Positions 27,790 to 40,068 of a stretch of 64,000 nucleotides of DNA are shown here, piece by piece. The notes under the pieces were generated by a model. That model ran no database searches. It saw only the letters and a program-made list of their open reading frames with translations, and was not told the origin of the DNA. The DNA is taken from contig JAKMXF010000044.1 of the NCBI GenBank assembly GCA_024704765.1, forward strand, positions 62,001 to 126,000. Direction: 5' to 3'. The stretch's first letter is position 1. Each line of letters starts with the position of its first letter. The DNA is from Oopsacas minuta. Lineage: Eukaryota > Animalia > Porifera. The translations under genes were made by a program, and so were the position numbers.

Positions 27790-28400
27790 ATATCCAGAAT
27801 TGATGAAAGAAACAGGAAGACCCTAAGGCTGATTTTGGCATACAGGGGTAGTTTGTATTACTCAAGCTAACCTAGAGCAGCAATCTGTCGTGGAACGGCC
27901 AAGCGCGATAGTGAACTTAGTACGACTAGATCGCGTGGAACCGAAAATCCGATCAATCTAAATGAGGTAACATTAATATACTTTTCGAAATTTTAACAAT
28001 TTTGCAATTTGCAAGGTGAATATTTTCAAATTCTGATGTGATGAAATATATTGGAATTCAGAATCGGACTCAGCACACTGAAATATATTAGGATGCATCA
28101 GATGCTCTATTAGTTTGAAAACACAAATAGCTATCTTCAGTTTGCTTCGCAAAACGATGTGGATTCATCCTCAAAAATTGAATAGTTTCCAAATTGGTAT
28201 CTTGAAACCGCAATTATCTTCACAAATATGCTGTCTATAGTGCTTTTCGTCCGGTTTTTATCCAAAAAGTATTATTTTCCGTAATAAAGCTCCACCAAAA
28301 CTACTCGATGCAAGTATTCATATCTGTGGCATTGAAGGCCTACAATAATCGCAAATTTTGATGAAATACGAACATTAAGCACTAAAACCAGCGTCTTAAT
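27790..28400. repeat. Short H1 copy followed by an oppositely oriented H2-like repeat
   Basis: 27790-27870 matches the H1 5' part (CCAGAATTGAT..GAAAC.GGAAGACCC). GCTGAGTCCGA-type motifs follow on the minus strand, similar to 17540-17680. Confidence 0.45.
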
Positions 28401-28899
28401 AAGATCAGTTGAGATCCTAGAAATCTACTTAAATCTCATTGACAATTTAAATGAGGATAATAAAATTTCACAGCTATAATGAATAGTCTTTGAGGCATTG
28501 GCGATGCAAATTATTGGTAGCTTCCACAGCAATGTACTTCGGTTCAAATCTTTACACGCAGATATCTCAAAAACTATACATTTCTTGTATTTGAATAGCA
28601 TTTTCATAAGAGATGAAACTACCCATAGATTAAATGACAATTCGATTATTCACCGAATTAAAAATTAAAAATTGGTAAATCAAATGACGCGAAACATGGT
28701 GATAGATATAGAAAAAATTGAATGGCAGCCCACATATAGTCAGGTTCACTATGCCTAAGATGTATGGTTCGTTGGGAAGTTTGGGTGGATTTGTTAGACT
28801 ATATATTTTTGGATAGCTTATGACATAAGGACTTCGAAATCCAATGTTGCCAATTTCGTAATCAAAATCGGGACCAAAAATGATTACCTAGTATTTTCA

Positions 28900-29050
28900 T
28901 TATACCCATCTAAAATGCAGCCAAGGTGCACCATTATAAGTGAATCCAATGTTCGTACATTCGAAAATATTACCTCGACTTATTCCACCTAACCCTAGTT
29001 GATTTTCTTGTAGTGGCGCTTTATAAGTTCTGCCACAAGGGTAAGTTTCG
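28900..29050 (-). repeat. Relic of the foldback MITE central region
   Basis: AAAGCGCCACTACAAG.AAATCAACTAGGGTTAGG.GGAATA is shared with 52480-52520 and, inverted, 48160-48200. Confidence 0.7.
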
Positions 29051-29104
29051 ATAAGATTTCTAATAAGCACAGCATCATCGTGATACTTTTCAAGTGAATA
29101 CAAA

Positions 29105-30316
29105 ATATATTCATTATCAATAATACAAATTATTCTTCAATGTAGCCACCTTTTGCTTTAATAACAGCGTGCAGTCTCTTGGGAAAGCATCAACAGCGGC
29201 ACGTAGGGTTTCCTGAGGTATCCTCTCCCATTCTCGACACAATGCCCTTTTCAATGACTCTACATTAGTGTGAGACTTTGAACAGGCATTTGTTTCCAAG
29301 ATTGACCAGATGGAATAGTCCATTGGGTTCAAATCAGGACTGTAGGGTGGCCATTCCAACATTCCGAATAAAATTGGGATTGCTCCGAAGCCATGCTTGT
29401 GCAGCATTAGAAGTATGAGTTTAAGCGCCGTCATGTTGAAACACAAAAGGTTTTGCAGAAAACATCGCACGGCTCAGTTCTTTTACAACAGGCATTAATA
29501 TAAACTCTCGGCAGGTCTGAGTGTTAATTTTCACTCCTGCGGGTACAAAAATGAGTGGTGTCAGGCTAATTGCAGAAATTCCCGCCCATTCCATCATTGA
29601 GAGAGGTTTTTGTATCCAACTAACTTATTGAAGTTCTTCAGGAAAGTTTTCAAGTGAGGATGAGATGATACGATCGTTTTTCGGGCTATGTATTTCCTTT
29701 ATGGTGAATATTTTCTTACAGTAAATACAAAAGATTCAAGACCATGGATTACGTGCCGCTTTAGTAGTCCCTTGCTCCTCGTTACCTTTTTTCCCTCTAC
29801 CAAGACCGAAAGATGGTGCACTCTCTTTCGCTTTAAAGAATGCATCTCTAAGTCTCTTTTAACAACTCGTGCGATAGATCTACGAGAGTTTTTAAGTTCA
29901 TAGGCCGTTTTTCTCATTGAACGGTGGGGATTCCTGCTCATCCATTCCTTCAATACCTTTTAAGCCTTTGAGTGGTAACAGAGCGTGGACGACCAGACAT
30001 GCGTTTGTTATTTATCTCTCCAGTATCTGTATATCGCTTAATAGTTCTATATATCAACTTCGTTCAACTATTGTGAAATTTTAGTATTTTGAATATTTCT
30101 GATGGACTTTTCCCTTCCTCAATTAATAGAATAATTCTTGATCAATCCTGGTCCACTACAACATTATCAAGATTATAGACACAAAAGAAATATTACTTTA
30201 TTTCAACACCCTAAACATATAATATAATGTATCTAAGGGACAAATAAGACTTGAATGTTGGAAGAAATGTTTGTGGTAACCTTATAATACTGTGACAGAA
30301 CTTATGCCCCACCCTG
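29105..30316 (-). mobile_element. maT-type (DD37D-like) transposon, one end missing
   Basis: The right TIR GACAGAACTTATG.CCACCCTG|TA resembles that of 41650-42966. Motif WPPYSPDLNPMDYSIW. No left TIR was found. Confidence 0.85.
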
Positions 30317-31469
30317 TATAAGCTACTGGGATCATTATTTCGTTCCATAAATGCTTTCGTTATGTGACCCTGGAGTACACATGATGCATTCAAATGCCGA
30401 TAATCTGCCCTAAACGAAAAATCAAATTGGCAATATACCAACAGGTTATGATTGTTATTGAATGATAGTACGTAGGGATTAAGAACAAATCTCATGACTC
30501 CAATATCCTCTCCAACCACTCCTGGACCAAGGTGGTATAACCGAGACTTTTGTCAAGATTCGAAAAACCATAGATTGTTCATGTGTTATTTGGAAGAGTC
30601 GTTGGTGTTCAATTTACAAATCAGGGGGCACCTTCCTTTCAGTCCGGAAAAGAGTTAAAAAATTATTATGGCAACTATGGTATTATATAAAATTTGTATT
30701 AACCATGGTCTCTATACTGACAATGATGAACTCGATGAATCAATCCATGAAATTGACAATCCTCACCCATTAGAAAATTGAGTCTTGTTGAGAGAGGAAA
30801 TAGGATCAACAAATTATATTAAACTGTATGGTAAGCTGTTAATATTATCTTTTACAGTGTAGGTTAAGTTATAATACAATTCTAAAATAACAGTTACTGA
30901 TATAGGTTAGAAAAGGTATAGGTAAATTATCAGCAGGAACGTTCGGAGGAATTCTACTCGAAAAAGCGAATGAATAAGATTGCTGAATCAGGAGATTATC
31001 TTTGCTGATTTTGGACCATTTCAGGCAATAGTGGAGAGCGTTGTAACACTCTTTGATATCTCTCAAAACTACCAACATTTCATAATCTTTAGAAGAGTAC
31101 GTTTTGACTCATCAATCTGAATAGGCGTTGCCAATTGTGAATATTTACATTCGACAAACTGAAGATACCTCGAGATCAAAAGAGAATGAAAGACTAATTA
31201 CCATTTGGTCTGATAATTGGGAACTCCCAACGGATACGTCTACCCCATAATATATTCCATCGAAGCTTCCATTGCCCACTATACTTCGAATCTTTCCCCT
31301 CAAAGGGCTAAATTGCATCTGCTGGTCCATCAACAGTTTTTGATTTCATTCGCAAATAGAGGTTTGTGCTTGCATAAAAGATAAACCACTTCATTGTAAA
31401 ATCATCTCTAGAGCAATGCACATCATGCAGATTTGTAAAAGTATTTTTTAGAGGTATATATAGTTTACT

Positions 31470-32330
31470 ACTTAGGGAATTCAAAAAGTTCCCAACTTTG
31501 AATATTATCTTGACACTCTAACTTACAAATCAAATTTCTACAGAAAATGTTCGAAATACTCACAATCGACATCTATGCATAGTTGTAGCCTTTCAACCCA
31601 TTTCGAAAATCATTTTTATACTCGTCTCTGTCCACTGAATCGATGTAATAGTAAATTCTGTTTCCTAGTTCTTGTCGGTATGAAATAGCCGTCCTTCGGA
31701 GATGTTTTTTCAACTCAGGGAATAGTCAGAAAATCGCCAGGTGATAGATCTGGGGAAAACGGAGGATGTTCCATTGTTTCAAACCCGAAATCCTCAATGA
31801 CTTCCCTGACGTATTTTAAACATGAGGTCTAGCATTATTATGGAAAATTTGATTCCTAGAGTTCCTGTACGCGGATGTCGTGTTTATAGACTTTCCTGAC
31901 TTCTCTCAGGCATTTATCTGCGTAAAATTCTCCATTGAGTTGTTTTCCTTTAGCCACCAGTAACGATTTCATGTAACCATCTAGAATCACAATCTCTATA
32001 CTCTTTAAGCAATTTTTCGCGCATGAAACCCTCTTCTTCTTTTCCATTTTGTGAGGATTTTTGGTATCCATCACGCTGAAATCTTTGGATATTCGAGATA
32101 ATCGTGTAGAATTGTATGAACAATTCTCGTTGAGTTGTCCAAGATTAGGCTAATTTCTCCAACCCTCAAATGGGGGTCAATATCCAAGAGAACCAGAATT
32201 TCACCAGCAATTCCAGGGGTGGTGGTCCGAGGTGCATCTTCAATGCTACTCCTACCAGTCAATAATTTATGTACCATTCCTTTACAGAGGGATACGCTAG
32301 ACATTCCCTATGATAAACGGAGACGAGATT
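31470..32330 (-). mobile_element. mariner fragment lacking its 5' end
   Basis: HPPFSPDLSPGD motif near 31740-31780 and a mariner-like end (..TTCAAAAAGTTCC) near 31470. An HTH-region fragment lies at 32071-32304. Confidence 0.7.
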
Positions 32331-34506
32331 CTCATGGATCTGGAGTGGTTGGTCGCCAAGTAGGGTACGAATCGTTATGTTAGCTCATTGTTCGGTTTTG
32401 CTTGATATATATTTGAAGGCATGAAAAGGTTGACTCTCGAAAATAGGTAAAATTGAAAGTAGGATAGATCAAGATATATAATAGCTAGAGTGAATTGCTC
32501 AACAGGATTTAAATAGGTAATCGAAAGGATTAGTAGGATATTCGTACTATGCATTTCATGTAATCGAGAGTTGAATTTGGCTTTTAAAAAAACAGGATGG
32601 GACTTTTTGAATACCCCAAGTAATTTCTCAGTTGTCGGATTCATGAATAGTATTGTTCTCCAACTTAAAGTTATCCTTTAGATGTTACACAAATCTTGAA
32701 AGAACCATTGTAGCCTTACAACATTCATAGGAATATGGCTTTTGTGATATAAAATAATTACATTTTTCTCATATTGTTGAAACCCAATTCAACCCTAATA
32801 TGCAGTTAAATAATAATCGCGTTTCGGCTACTATTCGAGTATATTGGGGCGTTATTACACATATGGACTTTGCAGTAAGTTTAAGTAAATCAAAATTGTA
32901 ATTTAAGATAATTCAAAGAATTGCATTAAGGTTGAATATTTAAGAAAACTTAACAAATTTTAGAAATACTAAGGTTTTGTGCAAAACTTTACCAAATTAC
33001 AAGTATTCTGCTAAATTTGATCATTTGAGAAACTTAACCAAATTTATCTTTGTGGATGAGGCCGCAGACTATAAGAGCGTGCATTTAGGGAATTAGGATA
33101 TAAAAATCAAGAATTTAAGAAACAGGGAGATTGACTAGTCAAATCGTGTTAAAATCATTTAGAGTATGGTTTCTCAAACTCTCATTGGCTATGACCAAGC
33201 ATTTAGATATTTTGTATCATGACCATATCAAGGATGATATGTTTGGTCATGTTAGGTGAAATTGATCCTAAGGCTTCAACTTGACCAAAAATCCACATAA
33301 ATAAATCTGTGACCACAATGTCAAGTTTTGTAATATTAAAACAGGTTGATGCTGTATTATAGGACAAATTTGTCGAGAAGATGTAAAATAGATTATACCC
33401 TCAGTTAAACAAAAGCCCAGAAGTCAAAAGACAAAATGATCCGATTATGTTAAATGGGAATATCGAATAAACAATTATAAACTGTTGACAAAATGCCTGC
33501 GTCGGTAACCGGATTTTAACTGTCAAATTTTCTTTCCCTAGGGGTATGCCTTATCCCGTTCTATTGCATATCAGGGTTGTGTCCAAATAGGTTTTTGAAT
33601 TTGAATTTCTATTTGGCTACTATACTTGGCAAAAAATATATAAAACGAAACACTGAATTATTGGAGAAATAATTTTCGATTCGACAACATGCATTTTAAT
33701 AAAGAAAGTATATTTATAGTTTAACTACACAGGTAAATAATATCTATGATAGAAATAATATGTAAAGAATAAATAGATTTGTGTTAGAACTTGTCTTTCA
33801 TTTGGTAATTGCTAAATATAGGACCTGTCTTTATATTTGTATTATTTTTTTTAATTGTATTTGAAATTTGGTGTAATTGTGTTTGAATTTGTTTACATAT
33901 AGCATATTAGTCCGATGGCACAGAACAATTTTCATAGAAACCTGGCAATATCTGGCAACAATCCTTCCTCTGCATTTTATGCCGTCTAGAATTTAGAGGG
34001 ACGATATGGCCATAACTAGACTCAGCACAGCTAACGGCATCAGACAATGGGTCCCTTGTTAGGTGCAAAATTGAGAATGGAATACCGTTACATTCCAGAT
34101 GCATTCTTGAATTGCACAGTGGCATGAAATTGCTAAAACCTGGAAGCTGATATTAGGTTACTAGATAACGTATTAGAGTATATTAGTGACATTTGGGGAA
34201 TCATACCCAAGGAATCGATTCAGGTAACTAGATTTTTTCTAAATCTTTGGAAGTGAAAGTATCGACGTCATTGTCACATTCAATAATATTTTGATTGTTT
34301 ATCCAGTTATAATTAAGCCATTTGTGAGCTATAGGTTCAGAATTGAATGTTTTATGTTTTGATATTATTAACATTATTTAAGGTACATTTTTAGCAACTT
34401 ATGAAACCAAATTTCTTAATGAAAATGACCTACCGTTCATTGGACTACAAACTATAACGTATTTATAATTAGAGAATTCACCAAAATATCTTAACAGCTC
34501 TTTAAC

Positions 34507-35265
34507 TCAGATAGATCTGGCTCCGAATTGTTTTTGGCAATATTACGAAAGGATGCTAAAATTGGATTACTTTTAGAGATAAGCCTGACGAACACATCTT
34601 TAACGTTGTCCACAAAGCTAAATTTTCTTTAGAGCCTCTCACGGTATCGCCTGACCAATTTATTACAAGATTCAAGGCCCTCTTCAGACAAATCTTCTAA
34701 GCCAAACCCATCATTATGATTTGCAATTATTTGTGGTGCATGGGCTAGAAGTTTGTGTAAATTAGGGGTTACATGTGCACATGAAAAATTGATTAAAATG
34801 GATTCGTAAGTCTCTTGGCATATATTATCAAGGCCTTCAGTATCCACTTTCATGAAGCTATTATACAATCTCAGGACAACTCTCAAATTATTAAAGATTG
34901 CAGCGTCAACTTGAAGCGTCTCTTGAGGAACAACCGTCAATATCCAATAGAGAAAATCTTGCACAGTATCATCGCTAAGTGTGAATCAACTCCGAACAAC
35001 ATTTCCGTTTGTGGTGGTTCCGCCTTGGGCTGATGGTGTGTCAATGTATATGTGAAGATTTTCTACAATGAGGCTCGTTTTAAATTTCTTGGCCCCAACA
35101 ATTTTTGGCGAAGTTGGTGAACATTTTTGAGTAGCACCACACTGTAAATGGCAAATCAATAAGAAGAATCAACTAAATGTTCTCAAATAAGCATGTAGAG
35201 GAGAAGCTGATATGATATCATTTTCTGAGATCAGCTTGTGTGAAAAAGATAGCGCCTATTGCCCA
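34507..35265 (-). pseudogene. Transib/RAG1-like transposase copy 2, C-terminal half
   Basis: One frame with a few in-frame stops: ISENDIISASPLHAYLR..IDTPSAQGGTTTNGNVVR..VTPNLHKLLAH..LSEEGLESCNKLVRRYRERL*RK..DVFVRL. Compare RAG1 HKTLAH..SEGNESGNKLFRRFR. Confidence 0.88.
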
Positions 35266-35299
35266 TAATTTCATTGTGGCATAGCTGAATCCCAACCTA

Positions 35300-38200
35300 C
35301 AAATATACTCCTCTAAACCAAGTTTGAATTCGCAAGAATATTGAAAGCAAATGATCTCTCTACTACAATTATCGAATTGGAAATATACTTACAATTAGAC
35401 GATGAAACGAAAGATTCTTTTGAAGGAATGCTTGTGGGTTTCGGGATATTATCAGGAATTCCAAAAACTCAATCAAAGCTTTGGATGGAATTCTTCTCTT
35501 ATTTCAGAACTTACATTGAAGAGGAGGCGTTTTTCTTCCGAACTAGAAACAGAAGTCCGTTCTATGCTTCATAAGAAGAGTTTAAGCAATATTTCAATGA
35601 AGCAACAACGATCACGACTAGTTAGTGTGTTAGACTCTATCAGAATACATATAGAAATTGAAAAGACTTCCGAGGTAAAGATTGCAGTCACTAGCGTTGT
35701 AGTTAGTTACTAATCAATCATCGGATGTTCAGACCAGACAAGGTCCAAAGTATCAAACTTAATTGCAAAAGATTGTTTTCCTGGAGATTTGATAAAGTTG
35801 TCACCAAGATGCGGATGTTGGGAAGTCTCTGTTCCTCCTTGATATGCTGGAAATTGGAAAGAAGGAAATATACCAAACTGCGCCAACATTTAATATCTAT
35901 CTATATTCAACTGCCTGCTTACCAGAAGTAGTAGAGAATAGAAACAAGATAATTTTACGTTCCTCATTAAGCCTCTATCCCAATGCAACAGCAGCGCTAG
36001 ATATACGTGTATCCTATTCCCAATATGTGAAGCATACGTTTAGCAGAATCATTTCTACAATAGCTCCCGATTAATTAAAGATTTCCCATTGAATTTTCAT
36101 ATAGCAAATGGTTTAGATGGTCCTGTTAGTCATACAATTCATAACCAACAAAACACCATACATCTACAAAATCGTAAATTCTTTTTGTTTCAAACCAATT
36201 ATCATCTCTTCCTCAACTGGGAAATAACTCTGAAAGAATACTACTCCTTACTAGAGATGGAACGAAGCTCCGCATCCGCATCCGCGGATACGCGTATTAT
36301 GCATATCCGCCCTTATTTTCCTACTGTAATAGGAACCAATCAGATTTGTAATTGTCTAATATACGCTTAAATATTATTATTTGCCCATCACGTTTACACT
36401 ACTATAGATTGATACTACATTTACCACCTGCAATTATATTTATTCCTGCTTTATTTCCTTAATTAATGGCCTCAATTTTCAGATTCAACAGTTTGATCTG
36501 GAAATATTTTTCTCGCGACAGTTCTCATGGCAAGCGTACTACCTGTAATATTTCCAAAAAATCTTACTCTCGACTACACCACTTTTAAACCATCTCCGTT
36601 CGATTCACAAGAAAGTATACCAGGAGTACGAATTGCTTTTGGAAGAACGGCAGCAAGAGAGTACAGTAGTTAAACCATCGTCTGAGATGGCTTTGGCAAA
36701 GTTTGAGACGAAGAAACAAATCACGATGGAGAAAGTAATTGACCGTAATCTGCAGTGGGATAATTCTCATGTGAAGTCAATCCAATTAGACAATTGATTG
36801 GGGAAATGATTGCACTTGATGATTTGCCATTTAGTCAAGTTGGTTTTATTAGGTTTGTCCATAAGGCAGCGCCTCTCTACCACCTGAAGACATGAAAGTA
36901 TTACAGCGAAAAGATAATGCCTGATATTTATGAATCTGCATCGAACAAGGTGTATGATTTCCTCTCTGATTACATCAAGCTCTCTTTCACTACGGACATC
37001 TGGACAAACGACTCGGCTAGGTTTGCTTAATGAGCCTGACTGCACATTGCATCAACAAAAACTTCAAACGAAAAAAGTTTGTTCTATGTGCTACTGAATT
37101 GGATGAACGCCACACAGGCGAATATATAAACGAAGTGTTTACCAGAATGCTCGAGCGGTGGAGTATCCCTTTAGGAAAGGTTCATATGGTGTTGCGGGAC
37201 GCTGGAGCGAACATGAAAAAAGCATTGAAAATTGGTAGCATTCCCAGCTTCGAATGCGGGAACCACCAAATCTATCTCGTCGTTACAGAAGCAGCTAAGA
37301 GCCAGCGTACCATAATCGATTGCATTGCTCGTGTTCGTAAGTATCGGGACACTTTAACCATTCGCCTACCGCTCAGACTGATTTGAAAAGGGTTCAAAGA
37401 GCACAACTAGATAAGAAAACTGCTTAGATTCCTATCCAAGATGTGTCTACACGTTGGAACACCCTACATGACATGTTGATGCGTCACGGTGAGCTAGAGG
37501 ATACTTTACGGATGTATACCGGTAACATAGAATTGAAGATTACTGACTTCGAATTGATTCAGAAAATAACAAACACACTTAAAGGATTCAAACTGATTAC
37601 CGAGAAACTCAGTGGATCTTACGCAACTATGGGTGATCTATTTGTTCTAGTGAAATCGCTCCTGTTATCTCTTGCAGATAGTGAAGAGCCAATATTTTCC
37701 GGGATCAAATCATTTCGCCTGACACTGAGAGATGATCTCAACGTCGAATGGATGGCCTTGAGACAATGACATCGTTGCAATCTCAACCTTTCTCGATCCG
37801 AGGTTCAAAGAAAAGCACTTTTCTTCCAAGAATATATGCGGAGAGGTGCGACGTAAAGTGGCAGATGCAGTTCAGAATTTGGATTTGGAAATCTGGAATG
37901 TTGAGAGCAATGAAGTTGTTCCTGTGTCAAAGCATTACAAGCCATCGCGTGGAAGTGGGTTAATGGATATCTTTGCCATGCTTAACAAGAGCGACGATGA
38001 GGAAGACGACAGACAAACAAATACTCCAATAGTTGATTCAATTAATCAATACGTTGCTAAGCAACGTATTCCTTCCGATGCTGATCCCTTTGCTTGGTGG
38101 ACATGAATAAGCATCGATATGTGTCATTGAGCAAATTGGCGCGAATTTTCCTTTCTGCACCACCAACCAGTGTACCATCTGAGCAGCTGTTCAGTAGTGC

Positions 38201-38650
38201 TGGAATCATTTATGAACCAACGCGGAACCGTTTAAGTGGCGACAAGGCAGAAATGCTCCTTTTTTTGTAATACAATTTATGCTTACTAAAGTTTGAGTAT
38301 TAGATCTATAGAACATATAGCTGGTATTTTGTTTTGATTATTGTTTAGAGTTTAGAGTATAATACAGAGAATCAATTTATGCTGTATCGAGTAAATTAGA
38401 AATACAATACTGTGTGCCCTGTAAAGTTGAAATCCGAATCTGCGGAGGTTCAAAATTCCACATCCGCGGATGTGGGAAATCTCACATCCGTCCCATCCCT
38501 ACTCCTTACACTCCTTATTGTCAATGGCCGATATTTTTATGCGCAGCAAAAGAAAATAGTCTGATTCAACAACTAGTTTCGGGAAGAGACATTAAACGCT
38601 TCAACGTACAAAATCCGCCCTCTGGCCAGAATGTCGATGTGAGAATAGTG
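35300..38650 (+). pseudogene. Transib/RAG1-like transposase copy 2, N-terminal half (opposite strand), interrupted by a hAT
   Basis: KLERRKYTKLRQHL..LPAYQK, then GLDG..SH..NQQNT (first catalytic Asp region). After the hAT it continues TPYCQ.PIFLCAAKEN..VDVRIVR. Similarity ends at about 38650. Confidence 0.7.
36252..38501 (+). mobile_element. hAT transposon (Ac/ZBED4-like), decayed
   Basis: TIRs TAG(A/G)GATGG(A/G)ACG, a perfect 8-bp TSD CTCCTTAC and subterminal CATCCGC repeats. Motifs are FTTDIWT, MSLTAHCI, RDAGANM, TRWN and [11 protein letters not shown]. Confidence 0.93.
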
Positions 38651-39994
38651 AGGGTAGGCAGGGCTTCGAATCATTTGCTGGCAAACGTATTTCACAAAGA
38701 AAGGCCATTTAGCTGATCTGTTACGTATCTTCAACCTCTAATCGGGGACTGTAATTCGCCGTACTGCTCAGGTTGTTTCAGTTGTGAGGAACAAAACTGG
38801 ATCAAATTTCTTTAAGCTGGTAAAAAATGTGGAATCATGGAAACGAAGGTCAATCTCAAGCAGATCTCTTCACAGTAGCGGGACAGTAACGATTCGAGCC
38901 TATATTTGTGCTAGTCGATAAGTTCACACAGCTCGCCACGATACTTCATGGGCAAATGATCTCACTGTGCATTGGACAGACAATTCAGATGAAACCACAG
39001 GATGTCGGGTCAGGCTAAAAACAGCAACATTAATGTCTTTGTCATAGAATTCCGGATCGGTAAGCCATTTTAAGATGAACATGTGCTGAGTTTCAACAGA
39101 CCAAATAGAATCTGAGCAATTACCAGTGTTAGAATCTAGGTCACGATTGATTGGTTGGATTTGCTCCGAGGTAACTGAGATGCAGCAGGAGTGCCCATAG
39201 GCATAGGAGTGACCAAATATGATGTGGAAAGGTCTGGAAAAGCTGAATAGAGAGAGGCATAGCAAAGATGAAGTCGATGCGCACCTATTAGGGGATGGGG
39301 GCTTAGAAGCAGAATGTTTGTTAGATGATAGAAGATTGTCATTTCGGTGAGAGTTAACATTTACACTGCTATCAATGTGCAGACTGTATATGTAGGCTAA
39401 ATCTAATTTTGTTATGTTTAACAGTATTCGTATAAGTTACACAAGGTGAGTTCCATGTCAAGCCAACCAGCCATCTCGCAAACATTGGCCAATTTGGCTG
39501 ACAATTGATGTGGAGCAAGATGCTAACATGTATTTCTTTGAAAATTCAGAACAATCACTCAAGTAGTTTCTAAATTACGAAGTCAAAAATTTTGACTTTA
39601 CTGTTTGAGTAGGGATTTTAAAATATGCATTCACTAATTCAGTTCATTAAACTCGAATAAGTCGAAACTATTTCGTGAACTGCAAACATATGTTTTAACA
39701 TATGGAGAATTTGTAAAACACGAGTAAACTGAGTTTCTAGCTGCTAGCAAAACTGGAACTGAAACCAAATCTAAAAGTAAACCGAAATTATGACGTAGTA
39801 AAACAAATACCCTAGTTATATGAAGCTGAGTTACCAGTAACTTACTTATTTGTATCTAGCAAATTTACTTATTTGATGGGATTTCGGTTAACTTGGTTGA
39901 TTATGCTGTAAATGTGGTTTAGTTTTTTGCTATTTCACCACGGATTGGAAGTATATAGCGCGTTAATAATCATAATTTAACATACTGATTGTTA

Positions 39995-40068
39995 GGTCTC
40001 AATGGACTTGTGGTTAGGATCATACGCATATAACTTGAAGGTCCTGAGTTCGAATTCAAATCATTGAT
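39995..40068 (+). pseudogene. Degenerate tRNA-like sequence (tRNA-Glu-like relic or SINE head)
   Basis: A-box-like TGGACTTGTGGTTAGGAT and B-box-like GAGTTCGAATTC at tRNA spacing. The stems are largely unpaired. Confidence 0.45.

Noticed and set aside
33900-34340. Possible SWIM/ISL2EU-like transposase tail left of the Transib relic
   Set aside because: Only scattered residues matched, and no consistent frame or diagnostic C-x-C..C-x-H motif could be built.
38963-38969. CACTGTG heptamer as a possible signal joint or Transib end
   Set aside because: It lies about 300 bp from the inferred breakpoint, with no nonamer-like partner or TSD. A 7-mer is expected by chance in 64 kb.
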